From the NCBI GenBank assembly GCA_019747905.1, contig JAIEQG010000007.1, positions 17,189 to 81,188 on the forward strand: DNA of 64,000 bases, in the 5' to 3' direction. Below, piece after piece: positions 8,704-18,497 of the stretch (its first letter is position 1; each line of letters begins with the position of its first letter). Made by a program: the position numbers and the translations under genes. Source of the DNA: Burkholderiales bacterium (lineage in GTDB: Bacteria > Pseudomonadota > Gammaproteobacteria > Burkholderiales > Ga0077523). The notes beneath the pieces were generated by a model, which searched no databases, was not told the DNA's origin, and was given only the letters and a program-made list of their open reading frames with translations.

Positions 8704-11700
8704 TCAGGCAATGTCCTTGGCAGTTACTGCTCCGACCACCGCAGGGGGCATCCGTTCCCGACGTCCTTCGAACCAGCCGTACAGGCACGGCACCACGAGC
8801 AGCGTCAACGCCGTGGATGAGAACAGACCGCCGATCACCACCACCGCGAGCGGTCGCGTCACCTCCGAGCCCGGCCCGGTCGAGAACAGCATGGGAATCA
8901 GGGCCAGCATGGCGACCGACGCCGTCATCATCACCGGGCGCAACCGGTGCGAGCAGCCTTCGATGACGGCCTCGGTCCGGTCGAGCCCCTGCTCGCGCAG
9001 TTCGCGGATGAAACTCACGAGCACCACCCCGTTCAATACCGCGATGCCCCACAGGTTGATGAAGCCCACGGCGGCCGGCACGCTGAGATACTCGCCTGAC
9101 ACGAACAGGCCGACGACGCCGCCGATCGCAGCGAGCGGCAGGACCGTGATCACGAGCGTCGCATAGCGAACCGTGCCGAACAGCATGAAGAGCAGGAAGA
9201 AGATGGCAGCAATCGTGATGGGAATGATGATGCCGAGGCGCTTCAGGGCCCGCTCCATGTTCTCGAACTGCCCGCCCCAGGAAAGGTAGTACCCGGTCGG
9301 CAGCGTCACCTCGCCGGCGATGCGCTGCTGCGCTTCGGCCACGAAGCCACCGAGATCGCGTCCGGTGACGTTGACGCCGACCACCAGCCGCCGGCGCCCG
9401 CTCTCACGGGAGATCTGCGCCGGACCCTCTTCGAGGACGATGCGGGCGACGTTGCTCAACGGCACGAGTCCGCCATTGGGCGCCTGCAGCACGATGGATC
9501 CGATCGCCTTGATGTTGTTGCGGTACTGCTCGGGGAAGCGCACCACCGCCTGGAACCGCCGTTCTCCCTCGTAGACCGTGGTTGCCTCGCGGCCCTTCAC
9601 CGCGATCTCGATCGTGTCGTTCACTTCCTCCACGTTGAGACCGTAGCGGGCGATGAGATCGCGGTCGATGTCGATGTTGAGGTACTCCTGGCCGGAACCG
9701 CGCTCGATCCTGAGATCGGTGGCGCCTTGCATGCTCTTCAGCACCCGCGCGATGTCGTCGCCGGTGCGCTTCAACTGATCCAGGTCCTCACCGAAGATCT
9801 TCACGGCCACCTGCGAACGCACGCCCGAAACCATTTCGTCCACGCGCGCCGCGATCGGTTGACTGATCGACAGTTCCACGCCTGGCAGGCCGTGCAGCAC
9901 ATCGCGGATGCGTTGGTTGAAATCCGCCTGCGTCCAGCCCTTCGGCCACTCCGATCGCGGCACCAGTGTCGCGATGGGATCGGACTCGTGCGGCTGGCCT
10001 GGATCGGCCGGCGATTCGCCGCGGCCGAGTCGCGCCACCACCATTTCGACTCCAGGCACGGTCATTACCTGGCGCAACGCCTGGGTCTCGATCTTCACCG
10101 ACTCGTCCACCGAGATCTTCGGGGCCCGTACCAATACCGGGGTGACCGACCCTTCCTGCATGATCGGTATGAACGCTGTCCCCAGCAATGGCACCAGGGC
10201 GAGGCTGCCGACCATCGCGAGCACGGCGCCGACGACGATCTTGCGGGGATTGGCCAGGGACCAGTGCAGGGCCGGCATGTACACCCGCTTCACGCGTGCC
10301 AACAACCAGGTGTCGTGGTCAGCGCCGCCCTTCAGGATGAAGGCGCACAGCATCGGCGACATCGTGAAGGACAGCACGAGCGAGATGGTGAGCGCGATCG
10401 CGATGGTGAGTGCGAGCGGCGCGAACATCTTGCCCTCCATTCCCTCGAGGGACAGCAGCGGCAGGAACACGAGGATGATGATGCCCACGCCGTAGAGGAC
10501 CGGCGTACCCACTTCCGCCGCCGCCGCACCGATCAGCTGCAGGCGCGAGCGGCCCTTGTTCGCAGGGTCGCCCAGCCGCGCGAAGGTGTTCTCCACCACC
10601 ACCACCGAACCATCGACCATCAGACCGATGGCGATCGCCAGTCCGCCGAGCGACATGAGATTCGCGGACAGCCCGATGCGGTTCATGACGAAGAAGGTGA
10701 GCAGCGGCGTGAGACACAACGTAGCCACGACGATCAGGCTCGAACGGACATCCCCGAGGAAGATGAAGAGCACCACGATCACGAGGATCACGCCTTCCAG
10801 AAGTACCTTGGCGATCGTGTTCATCGCCGACTCGACCAGCATCGTGCGGTCGTAGAAGGGCACGATCTGCAGTCCTCCCGGCAGGAGTTTGCGTTCGTTG
10901 ATCTCCGCCACACGGTCCTTGATGCGGGTCACGATCTCGCGGGCATTGCCGCCCCGGATCATCTGGACGATGGCGGCGACCATCTCGGTCTGCCCGTTCT
11001 TGACCGCCGCACCCTGGCGTACTTCCGTGTCGAACCGCACTTCCGCCACGTCGCGCACATAGACCGGCGTGCCCTGGTTCTCCTTCAGCACGATGTTGCC
11101 TATGTCAGCGAGCGAACGGATCAGACCCTGACCGCGCACCAGGTATTGCTCGGGCCCGGAAGGAACCACCCCGCCTGAGCTGTTGGCGTTGTTGCGCGCG
11201 AGGGCCTGATGCAGATCGGTGACCGTGAGTCCGAAGTGCCGCAGCCGATCCGGATTGATGTAGGCGAGATACTGCTTGGCGAAGCCGCCCTGCGTATTGA
11301 TCTCGGCCACCCCCTGGATCGAGCGCAGCATCGGCCGGACCACCCAGTCCTGGATGGTGCGACGTTCCGTGAGCTCCTCCTTCGTCAACTCGCGATAGCT
11401 GCCGTCGGCCAGCCGGTCGCTCGGGTGTTCCAGCGTGTACTGGTAGACCTCGCCGAGGCCCGTGGTTACCGGGCCGAGCACGGGGCGAATGCCGGGCGGC
11501 ATCTGGGCGGAGGCCTCGATGAGGCGCTCCAGTACGATCTGGCGCGCGAAGTACACGTCGGTACTGTCGGTGAACACCAGCGTGATGAGCGAGATGCCAT
11601 TGCGGTTGAGCGAGCGCATCTCCACCAGGCCGGGAAGCCCGGTCATGGCGATCTCGATCGGTATGGTGATGAACCGCTCGACCTCCGTCGGTGGACGGCC

Positions 11701-11862
11701 GGGCGCCTCGGTCGCCACCTGGACCTGAATGTTGGTGACGTCGGGAAACGCGTCGACGGAAAGGCCGCGGACTGCAAACAGACCTGCAACGGTCAGCACG
11801 CAGCAGATGACCGCAACGAGGATGCGTTGCTTCAGGGACCAGCGGATGAGCGATTCGATCAA
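8704..11862 (-). CDS. CusA/CzcA-family heavy-metal efflux RND permease
   Basis: 1052 aa. The N-terminus 'MIESLIRWSLKQRILV...DAFPDVTNIQVQV' and 12-TM organisation are typical of HME-RND pumps. TTG start preceded by AGGGA. Confidence 0.9.
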   Translation of the reverse strand: MIESLIRWSLKQRILVAVICCVLTVAGLFAVRGLSVDAFPDVTNIQVQVATEAPGRPPTEVERFITIPIEIAMTGLPGLVEMRSLNRNGISLITLVFTDSTDVYFARQIVLERLIEASAQMPPGIRPVLGPVTTGLGEVYQYTLEHPSDRLADGSYRELTKEELTERRTIQDWVVRPMLRSIQGVAEINTQGGFAKQYLAYINPDRLRHFGLTVTDLHQALARNNANSSGGVVPSGPEQYLVRGQGLIRSLADIGNIVLKENQGTPVYVRDVAEVRFDTEVRQGAAVKNGQTEMVAAIVQMIRGGNAREIVTRIKDRVAEINERKLLPGGLQIVPFYDRTMLVESAMNTIAKVLLEGVILVIVVLFIFLGDVRSSLIVVATLCLTPLLTFFVMNRIGLSANLMSLGGLAIAIGLMVDGSVVVVENTFARLGDPANKGRSRLQLIGAAAAEVGTPVLYGVGIIILVFLPLLSLEGMEGKMFAPLALTIAIALTISLVLSFTMSPMLCAFILKGGADHDTWLLARVKRVYMPALHWSLANPRKIVVGAVLAMVGSLALVPLLGTAFIPIMQEGSVTPVLVRAPKISVDESVKIETQALRQVMTVPGVEMVVARLGRGESPADPGQPHESDPIATLVPRSEWPKGWTQADFNQRIRDVLHGLPGVELSISQPIAARVDEMVSGVRSQVAVKIFGEDLDQLKRTGDDIARVLKSMQGATDLRIERGSGQEYLNIDIDRDLIARYGLNVEEVNDTIEIAVKGREATTVYEGERRFQAVVRFPEQYRNNIKAIGSIVLQAPNGGLVPLSNVARIVLEEGPAQISRESGRRRLVVGVNVTGRDLGGFVAEAQQRIAGEVTLPTGYYLSWGGQFENMERALKRLGIIIPITIAAIFFLLFMLFGTVRYATLVITVLPLAAIGGVVGLFVSGEYLSVPAAVGFINLWGIAVLNGVVLVSFIRELREQGLDRTEAVIEGCSHRLRPVMMTASVAMLALIPMLFSTGPGSEVTRPLAVVVIGGLFSSTALTLLVVPCLYGWFEGRRERMPPAVVGAVTAKDIA

Positions 11863-12022
11863 GGGAGTCCCTGCGTGGATTTCGGGTCGTACCCAGCCGC
11901 GCTCGGGGCCGGAAACAGCAACGTCTTCGGAGTATTCGACAACGCATGGCGAGCATCCAGACCATCGCTCGCATTACGCCGCCGACCACACACCCGCCGG
12001 GCCCGTTCCCCCGAGGCGGCTT

Positions 12023-12499
12023 TCAGGGACTATCTGCCGAGTCGGGGGCGTCGAGCAGCGCACGGGCCCGTCCCTGCTGCTCTGCGGTGAGGGCCGCCGT
12101 CTCGCCGGTGGCCGCTCGACGTCGGCGGATGTAAGCGAACAGCGCGGCAAGAGCGACCGCGAACAGCACGAACGGCCCCGCCCACAGCAGCCACGTGGTC
12201 GCCTTGACCGGCGGCCGGTACAGCACGAAGTCGCCGTAGCGGTCGGTCATGAACGCCTTGATCTCGGCGTCGCTGCGACCTTCCTTCATCATCGCGCGCA
12301 CCTGGTTCTTGAGATCGATGGCGAGATCCGCGTGGGAATCGGCGAGCGACTGGTTCTGGCAGACGAGGCAGCGCAGCTCGGCCGTGAGCGCCGTCACGCG
12401 CTTCTCCAGCACCGGATCGTCTTCGACCGGAAGCGCCGTGTCTGCTGCCGCAGCGACCAGCGGCAACAGCAGCACGAGCATCGTCAGGGCGCGGATCAT
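12023..12499 (-). CDS. ccmH: Cytochrome c-type biogenesis protein CcmH
   Basis: Signal peptide plus the 'LRCLVCQNQSLADS' CXXC motif. The start overlaps the ccmG stop (ATGA). Confidence 0.9.
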   Translation of the reverse strand: MIRALTMLVLLLPLVAAAADTALPVEDDPVLEKRVTALTAELRCLVCQNQSLADSHADLAIDLKNQVRAMMKEGRSDAEIKAFMTDRYGDFVLYRPPVKATTWLLWAGPFVLFAVALAALFAYIRRRRAATGETAALTAEQQGRARALLDAPDSADSP

Positions 12500-13020
12500 C
12501 CCTGCAACTTCTTCACGAGCGGCAGAATGGTCCTGGTCAGATCCTCGGGGGAGATCGGACCGATCTGCTTGTACCGGATCACGCCGTCGCGATCGATGAC
12601 GTAGGTCTCGGGCGCACCGTATACGCCGTAGTCGATGGCGACCTTGCCGTCGGGATCCACGACCGAAACGGTGTAGGGATCACCCAGGTCGCCCAGCCAT
12701 TTAAGCGCGGCCTCGCGATTGTCCTTCCAGTTGAGGCCGACCAGCGGCACGACGTTGGCCTTGCCGAGTTCCACCAGCAGCGGATGCTCCTGCCGGCACG
12801 ACACGCACCAGGAACCCCAGACGTTGAGCAGCCACACCTTGCCCTTCAGGTCCGCCGGGGACATCTGCTTCGCCGGTTCGTGCAACTGGTTCAAGGTGAA
12901 CGCCGGCGCCGGCTTGTCGATCAGCGGCGACGGCACGTCGCGCGGCTTCAGGTTGAGCCCGATGCTGAGGAAGGCGACCAGTACCGCGAAGATCGCCAGC
13001 GGAATGAGATACCGGGTCAT
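12496..13020 (-). CDS. ccmG: Thiol:disulfide oxidoreductase CcmG/DsbE
   Basis: 174 aa, TM anchor, 'WGSWCVSCRQEHP' thioredoxin-like active site, ccm operon context. Confidence 0.9.
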   Translation of the reverse strand: MTRYLIPLAIFAVLVAFLSIGLNLKPRDVPSPLIDKPAPAFTLNQLHEPAKQMSPADLKGKVWLLNVWGSWCVSCRQEHPLLVELGKANVVPLVGLNWKDNREAALKWLGDLGDPYTVSVVDPDGKVAIDYGVYGAPETYVIDRDGVIRYKQIGPISPEDLTRTILPLVKKLQG

Positions 13021-13023
13021 CGC

Positions 13024-15021
13024 CTAAGCCGTGGCCGTGACCGGTGCCGTCGTTGCGCCCGCTTTCGAAGCCGCTTCGCGACGGGCGATGCGGTAGCGCT
13101 TGTCGGTGATCGCGAGCAACCCGCCCAGCGCCATCAGGAACCCGCCGCCCCAGATCCAGTCGACGAAAGGCTTGTGATACACGCGCACCACCCATGCGTC
13201 GTCGCCCACCGGTTCGCCCAGCGAAACGTAAAGATCGCGCGTCAGGCCGGAGTCCATGTCGGCCTCGGTCATCGGCATCTGCTGCACCGGATAGAAGCGC
13301 TTCTCGGGGCGCATCACGCGCAGTTCACGCTCGTCCTTCAATACCGTGATCTTGCCGATCGTGGCCTCATAGTTGGGCCCGTTGCGGCGCTCGAACCCGT
13401 CGAGCCGAAAACCGTAACCCCCCACTTCGACCACGTCGCCGGGTTTCATCTTCACGTCCTTCTCGGTCTCGTAGCCGCGCACCATCGTCACCCCGACGAT
13501 GAACACGGCGACGCCGAAATGCGCGAGCAGCATGCCCCAGTAGCCGCGCGGCTGGGCGCGCAACGCCTTTGCGGTGCTGCCGCCGTTGGCGGCCCGCAGC
13601 GGGACGATGCGATCGCGCACGTTGACCACGCCGGAGGCCATGATCCAGAGCGCGAGCGCCAGACCCATGAAGATCATGGGCGACCAGCGGCCGGCCACGA
13701 AAGGCAGGATCGCTGCGGCGACCACGGCCACGGCGAACGCCCACTTGAGGCGATGGGCGAGGTCAGGCAGGTGCGCCTGTTTCCATTTGGCCAATGGCCC
13801 GAGGCCCATCAGGAACAACGCCGGCGCCATCAAAGGCACGAATACCGATTCGAAGTAAGGCGGACCCACCGAAATCTTGCCCAGATCGAGCGCATCGAGA
13901 AACAGCGGATACAGCGTGCCGAGCAGCACGGAAGCCGCCGCCACCACCAGCAGGACGTTGTTGGTGAGCAACGCCGACTCGCGCGACACCAGATCGAACT
14001 TGCCGCCCAGGCCCACGCGCGGCGCACGCCACGCGAACAGCGCGAGCGAGGCGCCGATCACGATCGCGAGGAATGTCAGAATGAAGACGCCGCGTTTCGG
14101 ATCGGTGGCGAACGCGTGCACCGAGGTGAGGACGCCCGAGCGCACCAGGAACGTCCCGAGCAGGCTCAGGCTGAACGCGACGATCGCGAGCAGCACGGTC
14201 CAGATCTTGAACCCGCCGCGTTTCTCGGTCACGGCGAGCGAGTGCATGAGCGCCGTGCCCACCAGCCAGGGCATGAACGACGCGTTCTCCACCGGATCCC
14301 AGAACCACCAGCCGCCCCAGCCGAGCTCGTAGTAGGCCCACGCGCTGCCCAGGCAGATGCCGATGGTGAGGAACATCCACGCCGCGGTGGTCCACGGACG
14401 CGACCAGCGCGCCCACGTCGCATCGAGTTGCCCGCCGAGCAAGGCCGCGATGGCGAAGGCGAAGGCCACGGAGAAACCGACATAGCCCATGTACAGCATG
14501 GGCGGATGTATCACCATGCCCGGGTCCTGCAGCAGCGGATTCAGGTCGCGGCCGTCCTCCGCCATCGGCAACAGGCGCTCGAAGGGGTTGGACGTGAGCA
14601 GCATGAACAGGAGGAACCCGACGCTCACCAGCGCCATCACCGCGAGGATGCGAGCCGCCATGGCATCGGGCAAGTGCCGGCTGAACAGCGACACCGCAGT
14701 CATCCATCCCGTGAGCATCAGCACCCACAGCAGCAGCGAACCTTCGTGGCTGCCCCAGGTGGCCGCGAACCGGTACTGCACCGGCAGGCTGGAGTTGGAA
14801 TTGGTCGCGACGTTGAGCACCGAGAAATCGTTGTGCACGAACGACCACGCGAGACACCCGAACGCGATCGCGACGAAGACGAACTGGCCTTGTGCGGCGG
14901 GGCGGGCGATCGCCATCAGGCGGGCGTTGCCGATGCCGGCCCCGACCAGCGGCAAGGTCCCCTGCACGAGGGCGATGCACAGGGCGATGATGAGGGCGAA
15001 CTGGCCGAGCTCGGGAATCAT
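13024..15021 (-). CDS. ccmF: Cytochrome c heme lyase subunit CcmF
   Basis: Start taken at ATG 15021 ('[21 protein letters not shown]'), overlapping the ccmE stop. 665 aa with the [12 protein letters not shown] tryptophan-rich motif. Confidence 0.92.
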   Translation of the reverse strand: MIPELGQFALIIALCIALVQGTLPLVGAGIGNARLMAIARPAAQGQFVFVAIAFGCLAWSFVHNDFSVLNVATNSNSSLPVQYRFAATWGSHEGSLLLWVLMLTGWMTAVSLFSRHLPDAMAARILAVMALVSVGFLLFMLLTSNPFERLLPMAEDGRDLNPLLQDPGMVIHPPMLYMGYVGFSVAFAFAIAALLGGQLDATWARWSRPWTTAAWMFLTIGICLGSAWAYYELGWGGWWFWDPVENASFMPWLVGTALMHSLAVTEKRGGFKIWTVLLAIVAFSLSLLGTFLVRSGVLTSVHAFATDPKRGVFILTFLAIVIGASLALFAWRAPRVGLGGKFDLVSRESALLTNNVLLVVAAASVLLGTLYPLFLDALDLGKISVGPPYFESVFVPLMAPALFLMGLGPLAKWKQAHLPDLAHRLKWAFAVAVVAAAILPFVAGRWSPMIFMGLALALWIMASGVVNVRDRIVPLRAANGGSTAKALRAQPRGYWGMLLAHFGVAVFIVGVTMVRGYETEKDVKMKPGDVVEVGGYGFRLDGFERRNGPNYEATIGKITVLKDERELRVMRPEKRFYPVQQMPMTEADMDSGLTRDLYVSLGEPVGDDAWVVRVYHKPFVDWIWGGGFLMALGGLLAITDKRYRIARREAASKAGATTAPVTATA

Positions 15022-15500
15022 TTCGGGGTCTCCTTCGCGCGTTCCATGACCAGGGTGCGCTGGGATTCGTGCTCGGCCTTGCGCGCCTTCTCCAACGCGT
15101 CGGCGGCTTCCGGCGGCATGTAGTTCTCGTCGTGCTTCGCCAGCACCTCGCGCGCGTGGAAGACACCATCGGCTTCGAGCTTGCCTTGCGCCACCACGCC
15201 TTTGCCCTCCTTGAACAGGTCGGGAAGGATGCCGGCATAAAGCACCGGAACGCTCTTGGCGGTATCGGTCACGACGAATCGTACCGTGACGCCGTCGGGC
15301 TGGCGCTGCAGGCTCCCCTGCTCCACCAGCCCGCCGATGCGAAACGACCGGTCGTGCGGAGCCTCGTGCGCGGCCACCTGCGATGGACTGTAGAAGAACA
15401 CCAGGTTGCTCTGGAAGGCGTTCAGGATGAGTGCCGCGGCGATGCCTAGGACGGCGACGCCGCCGGCCACCAGGGCCAGGCGTTTGTGGCGCGATTTCAT
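15018..15500 (-). CDS. ccmE: Heme chaperone CcmE
   Basis: 160 aa, N-terminal anchor, '[13 protein letters not shown]' heme-binding His region. Confidence 0.92.
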   Translation of the reverse strand: MKSRHKRLALVAGGVAVLGIAAALILNAFQSNLVFFYSPSQVAAHEAPHDRSFRIGGLVEQGSLQRQPDGVTVRFVVTDTAKSVPVLYAGILPDLFKEGKGVVAQGKLEADGVFHAREVLAKHDENYMPPEAADALEKARKAEHESQRTLVMERAKETPK

Positions 15501-15676
15501 GCGACGGTATCCGGTTGTTGGGCACTACGACCAGCCCCGGCCCGCAACGTTCGATGCCGGCGCCTGAGAAGGACCACCTCCACGGCGAGCACCAGCACCG
15601 AGACGATGTACGAGCCCCACACATAGGTGGCGTAGCCCCCCATGGCAAGGAATTGGTCGAGGCTGCCCCAGTTCAT
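15497..15676 (-). CDS. ccmD: Heme exporter protein CcmD
   Basis: 59-aa single-TM peptide '[40 protein letters not shown]'. ATGA overlaps with both ccmC (upstream) and ccmE (downstream). Confidence 0.7.
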   Translation of the reverse strand: MNWGSLDQFLAMGGYATYVWGSYIVSVLVLAVEVVLLRRRHRTLRAGAGRSAQQPDTVA

Positions 15677-16413
15677 GCCGGTGCTCCTGGCAGGTCGCGG
15701 ACCCATTGGGTATTGCGTTCCCGTTCGAGAATGATGGAACGCACGCGCATCAGGGTCACCGCGATGCTGTACATCCAGTACGCTAGCGCCATCACGAGCA
15801 TGCCCAGCAGCATGGTGCTGGCCATGGATGGCGACCGGCCCACGCTGATCGACGCGCCCTGGTGCAGCGTGTTCCACCATTTGACCGAGAAGTAGATGAT
15901 GGGCACGTTCACCGCCCCCACCAGCGCGAGGATGGCGCCGGCCTTGTCGGCGCGGCGCGGATCGTCGATCGAAGCCTGCAGCGCCATGAAGCCGATGTAA
16001 AGGAACAGCAGGATGAGCTCGGAGGTCATGCGTGCATCCCACGCCCACCAGGTGCCCCACATCGGTTTGCCCCAAAGCGCCCCGGTCCAGAGCGCGAGGA
16101 ACGTCATGAGCGCCCCGGTGGGTGCGAGTGCCGTAGCCATCATGGAGGAAAGGCGCGTATTGAGGATCAGCCCGAGCGCCGCCCAGGCGGCCATCACCAG
16201 ATAGATGAACATGGACATCCACGCCGCCGGGACGTGGATGAAGATGATGCGGTAGGCCTCGCCCTGCTGGAAATCGGTCGGCGCGACGAAGAAGCCGATG
16301 TAGAGCCCGATGGCACCAAGCACGGCGGCGAGCACTGCGAAGAACGGAACCAATCGGCCCGCCAGCGGATAGAAGGTCTGGGGCGACGAGTACTTGAACC
16401 AGTTGAAGGCCAC
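15673..16413 (-). CDS. ccmC: Heme exporter protein CcmC
   Basis: 246 aa with the WWD motif 'WGKPMWGTWWAWDARMTS'. GTG start with GGAG 7 nt upstream. Confidence 0.92.
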   Translation of the reverse strand: MAFNWFKYSSPQTFYPLAGRLVPFFAVLAAVLGAIGLYIGFFVAPTDFQQGEAYRIIFIHVPAAWMSMFIYLVMAAWAALGLILNTRLSSMMATALAPTGALMTFLALWTGALWGKPMWGTWWAWDARMTSELILLFLYIGFMALQASIDDPRRADKAGAILALVGAVNVPIIYFSVKWWNTLHQGASISVGRSPSMASTMLLGMLVMALAYWMYSIAVTLMRVRSIILERERNTQWVRDLPGAPA

Positions 16414-16425
16414 GATGAACTCCGG

Positions 16426-17094
16426 CTATTCCAGCGCAACACGCAGCGCCGCGGCGATGGCCCACGGTGCCAGCACGATCGCGATCAGCAATCCTGCCGC
16501 GAGCAGGGACAAGTGACCCGCCGCGCCGGTTCCCGCCACGGTTGCCTCCACCGCCCCGGCACCGAAAATCAGCACCGGAATGTACAGCGGCAGCACCAAC
16601 AGCGCGATCAGCACCCCGCCGCCGCGCACACCAAGGGTCAGGGCTGCGCCGACTCCACCGATCAGGGACAGGCACGGCGTGCCCAGCAGTAGGGCCACGA
16701 ACAATACGCCAACAGGCTCACCTTCGAGGCCAAACTGCAGTGCGAGCACCGGCGCGATCAGCGCGAGCGGCACGCCCGACAGCAGCCAGTGGGCCAGCAC
16801 CTTGGCCAGCACGATGACGGTGAGCGGATGCGGCGTCAGCACCAGTTGCTCGAGCGTTCCGTCGGCGTAGTCGGACCCGAACACGCGCGGCAACGAGAGC
16901 ATCGCGGCGAGCAGCGCCGCCACCCAGACGATGCCCGGCGCCATCGTCCGCAGCAGCGCCGGCTCCGGGCCCACGCCCAGGGGGAAGAGGCTCACTACGA
17001 TGACGAAGAAGAAGATGGACGTGAGCCAGTCCGCGCGGCGGCGCCAGGCCTGGAGTACGTCACGCGCGAAGACGGCGACGAACGCATCCCACAT
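16426..17094 (-). CDS. ccmB: Heme exporter permease CcmB
   Basis: Start at ATG 17094 ('MWDAFVAVFARDVLQAWRRRADWL'). 222 aa with 6 hydrophobic segments. Confidence 0.88.
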   Translation of the reverse strand: MWDAFVAVFARDVLQAWRRRADWLTSIFFFVIVVSLFPLGVGPEPALLRTMAPGIVWVAALLAAMLSLPRVFGSDYADGTLEQLVLTPHPLTVIVLAKVLAHWLLSGVPLALIAPVLALQFGLEGEPVGVLFVALLLGTPCLSLIGGVGAALTLGVRGGGVLIALLVLPLYIPVLIFGAGAVEATVAGTGAAGHLSLLAAGLLIAIVLAPWAIAAALRVALE

Positions 17095-17096
17095 CG

Positions 17097-17717
17097 TCAA
17101 TGATCGAGCCGCAGGCGGCGTGTGCGGCCGGCAGGCAGCGGCACTTCCTGATGCGTCGTGAGCACGGCGAGACCCCCTGCTTCCAGGTGCGCACCGAGGT
17201 GCGCCGCGAGGCGGTCCACCGATTCCGCGTCGAGCGCTGCAAACGGTTCGTCCAGGATCCAGAGTTTGCGAGACTGAGCCAGCCACAGGCGCGCCAAGGC
17301 GGCGCGGCGGCGCTGGCCCTGCGACAGGTAGCGCACCGCCAGATCGCGGCGTTCGCCAAGTCCGCACGCGCGCAACGCGGCGTCGACGCGATCGGCACCG
17401 GCATTCATGCCGGCCAGGCGCGCATCGAATCGCAGATTCTCCACCACGGTCAGGTCATCCTTCAGACCGTTCGCATGGGCGAGAAACAGCGTGTCCCCGA
17501 GCAGCACTTCGCGAGCACCACGGATGTTCTCGCCCCGCCAGCGAATGCTGCCGGCTTCCGCGGGACTCAGTCCGCACAGGATGCGCAGCAGGCTGGTCTT
17601 GCCTGAACCATTGCGACCCTCGACCCACAGCAACTCGCCCGCGCTCACGTCGAAGGAGATGCCGCTGAACAGTGGTTGCTCCCCGCGTTGGCAAGCGAGG
17701 TCGCGGACTTCGAGCAT
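17097..17717 (-). CDS. ccmA: Heme exporter ATP-binding protein CcmA
   Basis: Walker A 'GRNGSGKTSLLR', ABC signature 'LSQGQRRR', Walker B 'LWILDEP'. First gene of the ccm operon. Confidence 0.9.
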   Translation of the reverse strand: MLEVRDLACQRGEQPLFSGISFDVSAGELLWVEGRNGSGKTSLLRILCGLSPAEAGSIRWRGENIRGAREVLLGDTLFLAHANGLKDDLTVVENLRFDARLAGMNAGADRVDAALRACGLGERRDLAVRYLSQGQRRRAALARLWLAQSRKLWILDEPFAALDAESVDRLAAHLGAHLEAGGLAVLTTHQEVPLPAGRTRRLRLDH

Positions 17718-17909
17718 GGTGGTGCAGCCGGCTTCTTGAATGACCTTGAATTATAGCGAACCACCCCTAGCAGGCAGAAGGATTTCACCGAGAGTTCACG
17801 GCAAGAAGGACAGCTAAATATCTGATCGCGAAGAAAACGATTCTCCGGATCAACAACTTCGCGCGAACTTTTGTGAGATTTCAGGTGTCTTCGACAGGCA
17901 ACGTGTGGT

Positions 17910-17915
17910 TATAAT
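17910..17915 (+). promoter_or_regulatory. Perfect TATAAT hexamer (possible -10 box) at the start of the structured non-coding region
   Basis: 'ggttataatcagcc'. No convincing -35 at 16-18 nt spacing (TCGACA sits only 13 nt upstream), so this is weak. Confidence 0.2.
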
Positions 17916-17924
17916 CAGCCCATG

Positions 17925-18462
17925 TTCGCAATAGCGAGCACCCGCCCGATGACATCGCGTGCGTTACGCGATGTGCGTTGAATCTGGGGCCGAATGCAGC
18001 AAGCGTCGCGCATCCGGCTGTTGTCAGAATCACGCGGCGAACGGTCCCTCGAATGGGACCAGGGTCGTCGAAGTTCCCCCGGATTCCGTGGTACCGACCG
18101 CGAATCCAAAGCAACTCGAACAGCAGGCATCGAAAGGCAACGGAGCCGAAGAGCTTCGCTGCATGGAGACGACATGGAACTCGGACAACGCGATGGTGTG
18201 ACGCAGGGGCTGCGAGCGGGTGGTGACGCTCGGGGGCTCGATGCGCGTGCGGTTCGCGTTGTCGGTGCGGGCGTCGCACGTGGTACTGCGCGGCTCCCCA
18301 TAGCGCGAGTATGCGAGCACGGAGAGGGTGGGATTGCTCGGTCTCGCGTTGCCTCCGCGAGACCTCGGCCCTCGATGCCTCGGGCCCGCCGCCAGTGGCG
18401 GCGTCCCACGACGCATGCGTCGTGGTCGAACCCGGTGGGTTCGAAGCGACACCCGTATCCGC
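17925..18462. other. Highly structured non-coding region (candidate large ncRNA or island scar)
   Basis: No ORF here has protein-like composition. Dense perfect hairpins, e.g. ggtccc-tcgaat-gggacc (18043-18060), ggtctcgcg-ttgcctc-cgcgagacc, cgccgcc-agt-ggcggcg, and the 20-nt palindrome ccacgacgcatgcgtcgtgg. Bounded by an AT-rich segment and a bidirectional terminator. Confidence 0.3.
18320..18335 (-). repeat. 16-nt direct duplication of the tRNA-Ser 3' end (att-like)
   Basis: 'cggagagggtgggatt' is identical to 18500-18515 (acceptor 3' strand plus T-arm of the tRNA-Ser gene), in the same orientation, 165 bp beyond the tRNA 3' end. Confidence 0.7.
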
Positions 18463-18497
18463 AAAAAATATGGCCCCTTTTTGGGGGCCATATTTTT
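18463..18497. terminator. Bidirectional intrinsic terminator immediately 3' of tRNA-Ser
   Basis: 'aaaaatatggcccc tttttg ggggccatattttt' is a 14-bp stem flanked by A/T runs on both sides, so there is a U-tract in either orientation. Confidence 0.75.

Noticed and set aside
8669-9052. Longer 311-aa version of the small secreted protein ORF.
   Set aside because: The extra 128 codons overlap the 3' end of the RND pump gene and are Arg/Gly-rich. A signal-peptide-bearing start exists at 8668.
12784-15123. 779-aa plus-strand ORF (and similar long ORFs at 9727-11178 +, 21442-23655 +, 24096-25568 +, 32450-35599 -, 38143-39669 -, 44345-45796 +, 49744-51660 +).
   Set aside because: They lie antisense or off-frame to strongly supported genes (ccmF, czcA-like, rarA/lolA, ftsK, pyc, dctM, the 651-aa gene, nadE). 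Their translations are Arg/Gly/His/Pro-rich low-complexity strings typical of shadow ORFs in GC-rich DNA.
15022-15648. N-terminal extension of the ccmF ORF to 874 aa.
   Set aside because: The extension overlaps ccmE and ccmD in another frame and is low-complexity. A canonical CcmF N-terminus begins at ATG 15021, with a 4-nt overlap to the ccmE stop.
17986-18300. Possible tmRNA. The plus strand has 5' GGGGCCG (17986-17992) and 3' CGGCTCC-CCA (18291-18300), which would form an Ala-type acceptor stem with G3:U70. The minus strand has a mini-ORF ending ...GPFAA-stop.
   Set aside because: No T-arm (GGTTCGAnTCC-like) precedes the 3' strand. There is no TTCGACG-type 5' region and no tag ORF ending in (L/V)AA-stop in the plus orientation. 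The minus-strand mini-ORF lies in the wrong orientation for that acceptor pairing. A 7-nt complement can arise by chance in 500 nt of GC-rich DNA. A cmscan is needed to be sure.
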